Assembly: GCA_964016885.1 (NCBI GenBank)
Contig: OZ024743.1
Span: forward strand, 43,152,001 to 43,216,000
Direction of reading: 5' to 3'
Length of the DNA stretch: 64,000 nucleotides
Source of the DNA: Eledone cirrhosa
Lineage: Eukaryota
Below the pieces are notes generated by a model that saw nothing but the letters and a program-made list of their open reading frames with translations, was not told the origin of the DNA and searched no databases. Below are positions 52,584 through 64,000 of this stretch, piece by piece. How positions within the stretch are numbered: position 1 is the first letter of the stretch; each line of letters opens with the position of its first letter. Position numbers and translations under genes: made by a program.

Positions 52584-55500
52584 CAAAAACTAAGTCAGAC
52601 ATTCGAACACTACATTACAATGAAACTTATGCTTATTCATTTTTGGGGCCCTTTCTGCCTGTGTGTTTGTTTGTTTATGTGTGTTCGTATACAGCGTGGT
52701 GATAATTCCACACAAGGGCCAAGTGGAACGGCGAATCCACAGATGGCTATGTAACCATACATTCGCCAATCCTCGATAAGAGTGTTTAAATATCGAACAT
52801 AAACAGTTCGAATAACGGTGAAATGGAGACTAGAACGTCATGTGACAGACTCTCACCCAACAGGTGCCCCCTGGCTCAGCAGCAGGAACCTGACTGTCAA
52901 CCAAATACTGCTGATGTTGGAGGAAGAAGAAGAAGGAAAGGAGCCAGAACCAACTGGACTAAAGAATTGAATAGAACTGTTATGCAATGTTACCTGAAAA
53001 GTAACCCCAAGGAGAGGGGCTACAGGAGACGGATGCATAACATCTGGAACGAGATTGGTCTATTTAAATTAGATGAACAAAAATTGGCCGGGCAGGCTCG
53101 GGTAATAAGAACTAATGGGTGGATAAGCGAGCTGGAACTGGAGGAACTGAGCAGAGAGAATGGCTTGGAGATGGCGGCTGTAGTATGCCAGACAAGCGAG
53201 CCAGTGGGAAATGAAGGTGAAGAGGTCCTGAGAACGGAGGAACCACCCGAAGCAGACAATGATCTGAATACTGAGATAAATAATACCTGGAACAGATATA
53301 CGGCCACTGAGGAGATGAATGCTGACGGGCTAGGACAAGATTCGGTTGACATCCTAAATTTAGTGGTAGATGAATTGAACAATGATAGTGGGAGACCTAT
53401 GAACCTAAGATTTGTAGACAGGAAAAAGTTAAAAGAAACAACAGCTAAGGTAAACAAAGTCATCCCATACCTTGAGGCGAGGAGCCTTCACCAGTGCAAC
53501 AATATCCTCAAAGCAACAGCAAATACGGTGAGGAAACTACTTAGTATAAAAGCGAGAGGAAACAACAGACAAGAAAGAGCAGAGCCGTGGTGGAAGAAAC
53601 GACTGAGTGGTCAAATCGGGGAAATGAGAAATGACATAGGAAAGCTTGAGTCACTACTGAATGGGACACTAAAAAACATAGGCACTAAAAATAGACTGGA
53701 AATAAAGTACAAAACTAGGAGGAAAAAGCTAAACACTATCATAGAGGAACTGAAGCAACGCATTGTAGCAAAGAGTGCAAAAATTAGGCGATACGAGAAC
53801 AGAGTCAGTCAGTATAAACAGTACCGCATGTTCGACAACAACCAGAAGATGCTGTTTGGACAGCTTGAGGGGAAAGAAAGAGGCAACGACTTGATCCCTG
53901 GGGCGGAACAAACTAAAACATTCTGGAGAGGAATATGGGAGCAGGATGTTAGACATAATGTCCAGGCAGGGTGGATTGAGACAGTACAGAGGGAGATCGG
54001 TGAGCAGGCACACCAACAAACTAATTTGAGTATCACAGTTGAAACTCTTAAGGGGCAGGCCAAAAAACTAACCAACTGGAAATCACCAGGCCCAGATGGT
54101 GTGCAGGGGTATTGGATTAAAAATTTAACATCCCTCCACCCGAAGCTGACGGCCATGTTCAATGACTGCTTGGTGTCGGGTGAGGTGCCAGAGTGGTTGA
54201 CAAAAGGTACCACAGTTCTGATAATGAAAGACCGAATCAAGGGTAATGATGTTACCAACTATAGACCTATCACATGTCTGTCCGTAATGTGGAAACTGTT
54301 GACGAGCATTGTGTCTGAGGAAATCTACCATCACCTCCACACAAACAACTTGTTACCCGACGAACAGAAAGGATGCCGAAAGAAGTCACGTGGTACAAAG
54401 GACCAGTTACTTATTGATAAGATGGTAATGGGGAATTGCAGGAGGAGACACACTGATCTTGCCATGGGATGGATAGACTACAGAAAGGCATTTGACATGG
54501 TGCCTCATTCTTGGATCACCAAAAGCCTGGAGATCTTCAGGGTGGCAGATAACATCAGACAGTTGCTGGGCAGGAGTATGGGGTCCTGGGAGACAGAGTT
54601 GACATCAACTGGAGTATCCTTGGGAAGCGTGAAGATCAAGAGATGTATCTTCCAGGGAGATAGCCTATCCCCTCTGTTGTTTGTCCTTGCCCTGATGCCC
54701 TTGACCATTATGCTGCGAAAAGTGAGAGCAGGATACAAGTTGGGAAAGGGAGAGCTTACCATCAATCACCCCCTCTTCATGGACGATCTTAAGCTCTTCG
54801 GGAAAAGTGAGAATGAGTTGGATGTGCTTGTTGACACTGTCCGTATTTTCAGCAGTGATATATGTATGCAGTTTGGTATTAGTAAATGTGGAGTCATTGT
54901 GATGAGGAGAGATAGGTTGAGCAGAAGTAACGGGATCCAGATACCAACAGGTGAGATGATAAAGGAAATTGACTCTGAGGAAGGATACAAGTATTTGGGC
55001 GTTCTGGAGGCTGATGGCATAAAGAACAAAAAAATGAAGGAATTTTTAAGAACTGAATACATTCGGAGAATAAGGAGCGTATTGAAGTCACATCTGAACA
55101 GCAGAAATGCCATAAGCGCAGTAAATTCCCGAGCTGTGTCTATTATTAGGTACAGTGCGGGAATTCTGAGATGGAATGTTGCTGAACAAAAAGAAATGGA
55201 TAGGAAGACTAGGAAGCTATTGACTATCTACAACATGTTCCACAAGAGGAGTGATGTCGATAGACTCTACCTAAGGAGATCTGAGGGTGGAAGAGGTCTT
55301 ATCAGCATAGAGGACTGTGTTCAGATGGAGAAAAACAACCTATACAAATACGTGACCTATAGTAAGGAGCCAATGCTCAGAACTGTACTGAAGGAGGGGA
55401 CAGTAGGCCAGGGGATGTCCAAGAAGGAAATAACATCAAGGAGGAAGAGCAGCCTTAAGGGAAAATCCCTTCATAGTACCTTCTTTGAGAAAACTGAATT

Positions 55501-56300
55501 TAGAGATCCACAGACATGGAACTGGTTGAGAAGAGGAGACCTCAAAAAGGCTACAGAAGGAATGCTAATGGCTGCGCAGGAGCAGGCCCTCAAAACGAAG
55601 TGGTTGAAGCACCATATTTACAAGGAGGAGGCTAGCCCACTGTGCAGGATCTGTGGAGAGAGAGAGGAGACTGTGGCTCACATTGTGTCCGAGTGTAAAC
55701 ACCAAGCCCAGACCCACTATAAGGGCTGGAGACACGATGTGATGGGCAGGGTGATCCACTGGCACCTGTGCAAAGTAAACAATTTACCACATTCTGAGAA
55801 ATGGTATGAGCATAGGCCAGAGGCGGTGATGGAGAACAATCAGGTGAAGGTGCTTTGGGATTTTAGGATACAGACGGACAACAAACTGGAACACAATAGA
55901 CCTGACCTTGTGGTTGTGGACAAAGAAAAAAGATCGTCTCTGATTGTGGATGTGGCCTGCCCTTTCGACACGAGAGTGCGAGAGAAGGAGAGGGAGAAAA
56001 TTAACCGATACCAGGACCTAAAGTGGGAGGTGAAAAGGATTTGGAACTGCCATGAAGTCAAAGTGATCCCGATTGTCATAGGCGCACTGGGGACTATCTC
56101 CAAAAGTTTCCAGGGATGGTTAAAGAAAAATCGGCCCCTTCACGCTTTTTGGAACGCTTCAAAAGGCATGCTTGCTTGGAACAGCAAGAACCCTCCGATA
56201 CGTCCTGAATATCTGAGGCTGCAGGTAGTGGCTTGATATTCATTCCAACGGATTTTCCAGTTAACCAACATCAATGACTGAGATTCAAGGAATAACAAAA
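52583..56300 (+). mobile_element. R4/Dong-like non-LTR retrotransposon, family A, apparently full length
   Basis: Single ORF with RT and RLE, bounded by (TAA)n at 52548-52582 and 56300-56318. Confidence 0.93.
52823..56236 (+). CDS. RT + CCHC + restriction-like endonuclease polyprotein (R4/Dong clade), frameshift near the C-terminus
   Basis: WKSPGPDG, NYRPITCL, DQLLIDK, DYRKAFD, FQGDSLSP, FMDD, CRIC..ETVAHIVSEC, RHD, NRPDLVVVD..DVACP. The canonical end GTLQKACLLGTARTLRYVLNI* is in another frame after the A-run at ~56126. Confidence 0.93.
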   Translation: METRTSCDRLSPNRCPLAQQQEPDCQPNTADVGGRRRRKGARTNWTKELNRTVMQCYLKSNPKERGYRRRMHNIWNEIGLFKLDEQKLAGQARVIRTNGWISELELEELSRENGLEMAAVVCQTSEPVGNEGEEVLRTEEPPEADNDLNTEINNTWNRYTATEEMNADGLGQDSVDILNLVVDELNNDSGRPMNLRFVDRKKLKETTAKVNKVIPYLEARSLHQCNNILKATANTVRKLLSIKARGNNRQERAEPWWKKRLSGQIGEMRNDIGKLESLLNGTLKNIGTKNRLEIKYKTRRKKLNTIIEELKQRIVAKSAKIRRYENRVSQYKQYRMFDNNQKMLFGQLEGKERGNDLIPGAEQTKTFWRGIWEQDVRHNVQAGWIETVQREIGEQAHQQTNLSITVETLKGQAKKLTNWKSPGPDGVQGYWIKNLTSLHPKLTAMFNDCLVSGEVPEWLTKGTTVLIMKDRIKGNDVTNYRPITCLSVMWKLLTSIVSEEIYHHLHTNNLLPDEQKGCRKKSRGTKDQLLIDKMVMGNCRRRHTDLAMGWIDYRKAFDMVPHSWITKSLEIFRVADNIRQLLGRSMGSWETELTSTGVSLGSVKIKRCIFQGDSLSPLLFVLALMPLTIMLRKVRAGYKLGKGELTINHPLFMDDLKLFGKSENELDVLVDTVRIFSSDICMQFGISKCGVIVMRRDRLSRSNGIQIPTGEMIKEIDSEEGYKYLGVLEADGIKNKKMKEFLRTEYIRRIRSVLKSHLNSRNAISAVNSRAVSIIRYSAGILRWNVAEQKEMDRKTRKLLTIYNMFHKRSDVDRLYLRRSEGGRGLISIEDCVQMEKNNLYKYVTYSKEPMLRTVLKEGTVGQGMSKKEITSRRKSSLKGKSLHSTFFEKTEFRDPQTWNWLRRGDLKKATEGMLMAAQEQALKTKWLKHHIYKEEASPLCRICGEREETVAHIVSECKHQAQTHYKGWRHDVMGRVIHWHLCKVNNLPHSEKWYEHRPEAVMENNQVKVLWDFRIQTDNKLEHNRPDLVVVDKEKRSSLIVDVACPFDTRVREKEREKINRYQDLKWEVKRIWNCHEVKVIPIVIGALGTISKSFQGWLKKNRPLHAFWNASKGMLAWNSKNPPIRPEYLRLQVVA

Positions 56301-56316
56301 ATAATAATAATAATAA

Positions 56317-58572
56317 TAGTTAACGGCATTACATTCCTGCTTCCGAAGAATGATGAGACAAACAATCCCAAAAATTACAGACCGATAACTTGCTTGACCA
56401 CAATGTATAACATTTTAACATCAGTCCTAACTGAATACACATATGACCTATTTCCCATTGAGCAGAAAGGGTGTAAACGAGGCTCATATGGCTGTAAGGA
56501 TCAGCTTCTGGTTAACAAAATGATACTGGAAGATTGTCATAATAGACACAAAAATCTATCGATTGCTTGGATAGATTATAAAAAAGCATTCGATAGTTTG
56601 CCACACAGTTGGATTGAAAAATGGTGAGAGATTTTCAAAATATCCCCCGTTGTCAGGAGGTTTTTGTCATTCAGTATGAAGACATGGAAAACGACACTCC
56701 TTTTGAATAGTGAAACAAAATCACTGGAAGCTGGAGAAGTTAATATTAATTGTGGAACTTTTCAGGGTGACTCTTTATCACCGCTTTTATTCTGCATCGC
56801 ACTTATACCAATAAGTAAAATGCTCAATGACACAAAACATGGATATAACATCTATGACAAAACCATTAATCACCTGTTCTACATGGATGACCTGAAACTA
56901 TTTGCAAAAAATGATGAACAATTGCAAGGGCTATTATCCACTGTGGAGCAGTTCAGTGATGACATTAAAATGGAGTTTGGACTAGATAAATGCGCCAAAG
57001 CGACGTTCACCAGAGGAAAGCTGCTGAAGAGTTCAGACATTAATCTTGATCGGGGGAACGTGATAAGAGAACTTGATCAAGAAAAAACTTACAAATATCT
57101 AGGTGTTTGTGAAGGAGACGGAATCAAGCACTCGACAATGAGGGAAAGGATAAGGAAGGAATGTTACCGCAGAGTAAGAGCAATCTTAAGAACGGAATTG
57201 AATGCAAGGAATAGGATCGATGCCATAAACACGCTTGCCATACCAGTAGTAACCTACAGTTACAATGTCATCAACTGGTCAAGCACAGAGATCCGTAGGC
57301 TCGATACAAAAATTCGAAAATTCTTAACCATGCACAGAATGCATCACCCTAAGGCAGATATAGATAGAATATATCTCCCTAGGAAAGAAGGAGGACGTGG
57401 GTTAATCCAGGTAGACATTGCGTTGAAAACTGCAACAATTGGATTATCTACATATCTAAGGGAATCACATGATTGGATGATCAAACTCGTTTTGAAACAC
57501 GAAAGCATCAAAAGATCATATTCCATTACAAAAAATGCACACAGATACAGTAATGGACTACAAATTTCAGAAGTCCCATTTACTGCTGAAATGGAAAACA
57601 CAGAAAAAGCAAAGCAGGTAAAATTAACTGCAAAGAAAGAACTGCTACAGAAACTGGCTAAGAAATGGCAAGAAAAGCCTCTGTATGGAAAATACCCAGA
57701 GCGAGCTAACAATCCTGATGTTGACAAAACTTTAACCCATCAGTGGTTGGCATCCTCTGGACTGAAATCGGAGACTGAAGGACTGATTATATCAGCACAA
57801 GATCAGTGTCTGCCAACAAAAAATTACCAAGCCAACATAATAAAAAATGGATGCAGCCCATTATGCCGTGTATGCAAAAAACAACCAGAGACCATTGACC
57901 ATATAATTTCAATGTGCAGTCCAATAGCTCCAACCGAATACCTAAACAGGCATGACAGAGTTGCACAATACATACATTGGATAATGTGTAAGCATTTTGA
58001 CCTGCCCCATCAAAAGAATTGGTGGGAGCATCAACCACCTCCCATACTTGAAAAAGATCACATCTCAATCTTGTGGAACTTTAGCATCCAAACAGACCGA
58101 AAAATAGATGCAAATAGACCTGATATAATATTGAAAGACTTTCAAAAGAGGGTATGCCTGCTAATTGATATGTCCGTTCCAATAGACAAGAATGTATCTA
58201 TAAAAACATTTGAAAAATTGAGCAAATATAAGGACCTGGAGATAGAAATTGGAAAAATGTAGAAATTGAGAACTAAAACAATACCAGTGGTTGTAGGCGC
58301 TCTGGGAATGATACCTAAGGGGTCTAATGATTACTTATCGCAAATCCCAGGACACCCGCGTATAGGAGAAATACAAAAGATAGTACTAATGGGAACTGCC
58401 CATATACTAAGGAAGATTCTGTCAATATAAGTACATCACAAGTCTAAACACTAAAGATGCATGTGTGAGTATGTATGTTCTTTCTTGAACATGGCGGACC
58501 TTGTTGTCTCTTGAGGTCACTGGTTGTGACTTGGTGATAACTCGTATGAACATAAAGCAAGATAAATGCAAC
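56317..58572 (+). mobile_element. 5'-truncated R4/Dong-like element, family B (pseudogene)
   Basis: Near identical to 61000-63270. Has an 18-nt deletion and stops at ~56625 and ~58260. (TAA)n tail 58575-58598. Confidence 0.93.
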
Positions 58573-59240
58573 TGTAATAATAATAATAATAATAATAAGG
58601 TCATGAAATCGCTCCCGTAAGTTTTTGGTTTTTAACATATTTAAATCAATTGTGAAATAACAATTCTTTGTACAAATCATGCATAAATCACCGAATCAAG
58701 TCTCATAAAAATACGGATCCATAATATATTGTTATATCGCTCAAATATTCAATTTCGTATTATATATTTTATATTCAAAAAAGAAAATGATTATAAATGG
58801 AAGAAAACCCCCTCTGTCTACACTATATAGAACAGCCAAATAACAGCAATTTCACCAACACCAGAAACTTGATACACCACTCAATCCATCATTGCTACCA
58901 CTATCCCATCACCGCCGCCACCAGTCTTTCATTGCTACCACCACTATTCCTCTGTTAACTTAAGAAAGGGGAAGGTGGCGGTATCACTAGACAAGTGAGA
59001 GGCTAGCAAAATATATAAATAGATTGACTTAGTGACCTGGCCACCGGCCAAACGTCTACAACTATGGCACTGCTGGCTCCCTCCTTCCTAACCAACAATA
59101 TAAAAAGCCCCAGCACCACCACCGACATAGCCAACAACAATAACAGGCAACTTCAGCAAAAAGTATATTATACTATTGTAATGCACTGGGTAATTGCTGG
59201 CCTTGTGCCTGGAGTGGAGACAATTATTATTATTAATAAT

Positions 59241-62200
59241 TTCATTCTTAAGCCACGCAATGCTCACATTAAGGAACCACTCATGATAGTAACAATTTAA
59301 AAAAACAACAAAAAAGAAAACCCCGTGACCAAGAAATACCGGGATGGCGGCCGGCGGGGAATAGCCGTGTCTCTAGGGGAGAACGACCCCTCTAGTCTTG
59401 GTTGACACTTGTTCTAGAAGTGGTAACACGAAATGATTACCCCTTGGCGGATAAGGATAAAACGCGACAAAATAAAGTAAATGTCTAATGATAAAATCTC
59501 ATACCGGATCGGCCGCCACCCGGGTAAAAAAGGGCCGCGTCCCTCAGAGAGAAACCAGACTGGGGTCGAAAAATCAGCTAATGGTTCAAACCTTCCCATC
59601 ACTTCGGAGCTGGAGACCTCCCATAAACGGAATACTCCTACTGTTGGCCCTCCATGCTCACCACCAAGAAATCCAAAGAAAAAGAGAGAAACATGGTCAA
59701 GGGAAGATAATAAAGAAGTCCTTGAGGCTTTCTACACTGCCATGTACTACCCATCAAATACATCGAATACAGAACAGACATATATCAACTGGAAAAAGAA
59801 ACATCCCGAAAACAGAGGCTATATTGACAGCAACAAACTAGCCAATATACGAAGAAATATTGTAAAAAAAAAGTTACTAACTGATATAGAAATTGATCAG
59901 ATCAAGCTATTAGCACAAAGTCAGCGAAGGGAAAATGAAACATGTGTCAGTGAAAACGAGGTAAACTGTAACACTTCGAATCCCAGGGTTGGGGCGGAAT
60001 CACTGGCAACAGAACAAATTAAAGAAAGGATCGAAAAAGTGGAGGGAGTGCATGCTCAGGATGAAACTCCAAATGAAAATAATGAGATCGTAAATGATAA
60101 AAAAATGAATGAGAATGAACTTGCCAACTTGAAGGATGAAATTATGATCGAATGGATGAAAATGAAAGAATCTGAGATGGGGCAACGAGACACCCTCCCT
60201 AAGATCCAGAACTCCAAACAGAACCAAAAGATAATACACAAGACTAACATAATTCTCAAAAACATTATCATCACAAACAAACTAAACATTACTGATTTAA
60301 ATCATCTCTATTATGCATCGGCTAAAGTCACCACTCACTTATGTGGAGTGAAGATGAAAAAACAAAGGAATTCCCACAAGAAATCTACTTGGCAAGAGAA
60401 CATCAATCGCCAAATAAACCTTCTCCGATCTGACATAGAAATGTTAACAAACTATAAAGTAGGTGAACATGTTAAACAAACTAAACTTAGAAAATTGAAA
60501 AGAAAGTATAGTATAAAATCAACAAGTGACATAGACATGCTGATAGAAATAATCAAGCAAAAAGTGTCGGCCAAAGCTGCTCGTATAAGGCGCTTTGAAA
60601 AACGATCTAGATTCTATAAGGACAATAATATGTTCAAAAACAACCAAAGAAACTTCTACAGAAAAATTGGTAAGTCAACAATAACTGCTAAATCAATACC
60701 ACCCAAGGAGGAAGTGCAAGAATTCTGGGAAAAGATCTGGGCCGAAGAAAAAGTTCATAACATACATGCCCCACGGATAGACAGACAAATGAAAGATACA
60801 GCTCACCTTGAGGAACAAATATGGGAAAACATAACAGTTGAACAGTTGCGCTTGGCTCTAAGGAAAACCAGCAAATGGAAATCCCCAGGAAAAGACAAAA
60901 TACAAAATTTTTGGATAAATGCCTTCACAGAGTCTCATGAGCTGTTAGCCCAACTTTTCAATGAAACAGTTAAGGAGCCAAAAAAGATACCATCATGGCT
61001 AGTTAACGGCATTACATTCCTGCTTCCGAAGAATGATGAGACAAACAATCCCAAAAATTACAGACCGATAACTTGCTTGACCACAATGTATAACATTTTA
61101 ACATCAGTCCTAACTGAATATACATATGACCACCTGATAACCAATGACCTATTTCCCATTGAGCAGAAAGGGTGTAAACGAGGCTCATATGGCTGTAAGG
61201 ATCAGCTTCTGGTTAACAAAATGATACTGGAAGATTGTCATAATAGACACAAAAATCTATCGATTGCTTGGATAGATTATAAAAAAGCATTCGATAGTTT
61301 GCCACACAGTTGGATTGAAAAATGTTTAGATATTTTCAAAATATCCCCCGTTGTCAGGAGGTTTTTGTCATTCAGTATGAGGACATGGAAACGACACTCC
61401 TTTTGAATAGTGAAACAAATTCACTGGAAGCTGGAGAAGTTAATATTAATTGTGGAATTTTTCAGGGTGACTCTTTATCACCACTTTTATTCTGCATCGC
61501 ACTTATACCATTAAGTAAAATGCAAAATGAAACAAAACATGGATATAAAGTCTATGACAAAACCATTAATCACCTGTTCTACATGGATGACCTGAAACTA
61601 TTTACAAAAAATGATGAACAATTGCAAGGGCTATTATCCACTGTGGAGCAGTTCAGTGATGCCATTAAAATGGAGTTTGGACTGGATAAATGCGCCAAAG
61701 CAACGTTCACCAGAGGAAAGCTGCTGAAGAGTTCAGACATTAATCTTGATCGGGGGAACGTGATAAGAGAACTTGATCAAGAAAAAACTTACAAATATCT
61801 AGGTGTTTGTGAAGGAGACGGAATCAAGCACTCGACAATGAGGGAAAGGATAAGGAAGGAATGTTACCGCAGAGTAAGAGCAATCTTAAGAACGGAATTG
61901 AATGCAAGGAATAGGATCGATGCCATAAACACGCTTGCCATACCAGTAGTAACCTACAGTTACAATGTCATCAACTGGTCAAGCACAGAGATCCGTAGGC
62001 TCGATACAAAAATTCGAAAATTCTTAACCATGCACAGAATGCATCACCCTAAGGCAGATATAGATAGAATATATCTCCCTAGGAAAGAAGGAGGACGTGG
62101 GTTAATCCAGTTAGACATTGCGTTGAAAACTGCAACAATTGGATTATCTACATATCTAAGGGAATCACATGATTGGATGATCAAACTCGTTTTGAAACAC

Positions 62201-63270
62201 GAAAGCATCAAAAGATCATATTCCATTACAAAAGATGCACAAAGATACAGTAATGGACTACAAATGTCAGAAGTCCCATTTACTGCTGAAATGGAAAACA
62301 CAGAAAAAGCAAAGCAGGTAAAAGTAACTGCAAAGAAAGAACTGCTACAGAAACTGGCTAAGAAATGGCAAGAAAAGCCTCTGTATGGAAAATACCCAGA
62401 GCGAGCTAACAATCCTGATGTTGACAAAACTTTAACCCATCAGTGGTTGGCATCCTCTGGACTGAAATCGGAGACTGAAGGACTGATTATCTCCGCACAA
62501 GATCAGTGTCTGCCAACAAAAAATTACCAAGCCAACATAATAAAAAATGGGTGCAGCCCATTATGCCGTGTATGCAAAAAACAACCAGAGACCATTGACC
62601 ATATAATTTCAATGTGCAGTCCTATAGCTCCAACCGAATACCTAAACAGGCATGACAGAGCTGCACAATACATACATTGGATAATGTGTAAGCATTTTGA
62701 CCTGCCCCATCAAAAGAATTGGTGGGAGCATCAACCACCTCCCATACTTGAAAAAGATCACATCTCAATCTTGTGGAACTTTAGCATCCAAACAGACCGA
62801 AAAATAGATGCAAATAGACCTGATATAATATTGAAGGACTTTCAAAGGAGGGTATGCCTGCTAATTGATATGTCTGTTCCAATAGACAAGAATGTATCTA
62901 TAAAAACATTTGAAAAATTGAGCAAGTATAAGGACCTGGAGATAGAAATTGGAAAAATGTGGAAATTGAGAACTAAAACAATACCAGTGGTTGTAGGCGC
63001 TCTGGGAATGATACCTAAGGGGTCTAACGACTACTTATCGCAAATCCCAGGAAACCCGCGTATAGGAGAAATACAAAAGATAGTACTAATGGGAACTGCC
63101 CATATACTAAGGAAGATCCTGTCAATATAAGTACATCACAAGTCTAAACACTAAGGATGCATGTGTGAATATGTGTGTTCTTTGTTGAACATGGCGGACC
63201 TTGTTGTCTCTTGAGGTCACTGGTTGTGACTTGGTGATAACTCGTATAAACATAAAGCAAGATAAATGCA
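59241..63270 (+). mobile_element. Full-length R4/Dong-like element, family B
   Basis: GC-rich 5'UTR, ORF and 3'UTR, then (TAA)n 63271-63332 and (GAA)n. Confidence 0.93.
59481..63130 (+). pseudogene. RT-RLE ORF of family B broken by one 1-bp frameshift (~61390)
   Basis: ORFs 59481-61406 and 61322-63130. 'ggaaacgacac' here versus 'ggaaaacgacac' in the truncated copy. YMDD, CRVC..HIISMC, NRPDIILKD, QKIVLMGTAHILRK. Confidence 0.9.
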
Positions 63271-63360
<90 letters not shown>

Positions 63361-63462
63361 AAGAAAAAGACGAAGATGAAGAAGAAGAAAAAGAAATACG
63401 GTTTCATTTCTCCATCCCAATTTATTTTGTTATACGTATTTCGACGACGTATGTTAATAGCA

Positions 63463-63657
63463 GTTGATTGGCAGTACCGGTAGAGGGTCGGACGCCGTAC
63501 TTTGCAGCAAAGAGTTACGGCCCTTTATGATCTGAGTTCAAAACCCGCTAAGGTTAACTTTGCCTTTCATTCTTACGTGGTCGATAACATAATGTACCAG
63601 TAATACACTGTGATAATTGTTGGCCTTGTGCCGAAAGTAGAAAAAATTATTATTATT
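63463..63657 (+). mobile_element. tRNA-derived SINE
   Basis: Head tggcagtaccggtagag, B-box GAGTTCAAAACC, tail ccttgtgccgaaagtagaaa(ATT)n. Confidence 0.8.
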
Positions 63658-63757
63658 ACTAGCAGAAAAACCACCATCGGGTAGTTTCTACTAACATGAG
63701 TAGTGTGTATATTGATATACGTCGGCAGATTTTCAGTCACCAACTCTTTTAATATAT

Positions 63758-63790
<33 letters not shown>

Positions 63791-64000
63791 TAAGTCTTAT
63801 ATTTTTATATGAGCTGATAGATGACGGTTTAAGGATTTACAGAAACCCAAGAAGCTAGATATTCCATCTCTCTAGTGGGTCCGGGTATGCATTTTACATT
63901 CATTTCATTTATTGATTTATTGATAATTTATCTGAGTGTCCCGAATCTTCCATATCGAACTTATCGGTTATTTGGTTGATTGTAGACATATTCTACGTGT

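Overview
AT-rich, repeat-saturated animal DNA with no host gene I can support. The SINE types and dense (TA)n/(TAA)n microsatellites suggest an octopod cephalopod (inference). 1-40 kb: a patchwork of SINEs, a decayed Chapaev3-type DNA transposon, a Helitron-like element, five decayed Penelope-like retroelements (PLEs; RT + GIY-YIG) and a decayed R4/Dong-like LINE. It also holds many short non-coding foldback or direct-repeat units beside (TA)n tracts; by eye about 20 complete or partial minimal type-I hammerhead ribozyme motifs from several sequence families, some with variant cores. One unit (38484-39340) is built like a retrozyme, with a predicted ~556-nt monomer. 40.7-63.3 kb: a 23-kb array of five non-LTR retrotransposons bounded by (TAA)n tracts. 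Two Tx1-like APE-RT elements lie on the minus strand (one with an intact 1139-aa ORF2) and three R4/Dong-like RT-RLE elements on the plus strand. The array is bracketed by an inverted duplicate of a SINE plus its flank. All alignments and folds were done by eye, so boundaries are approximate.
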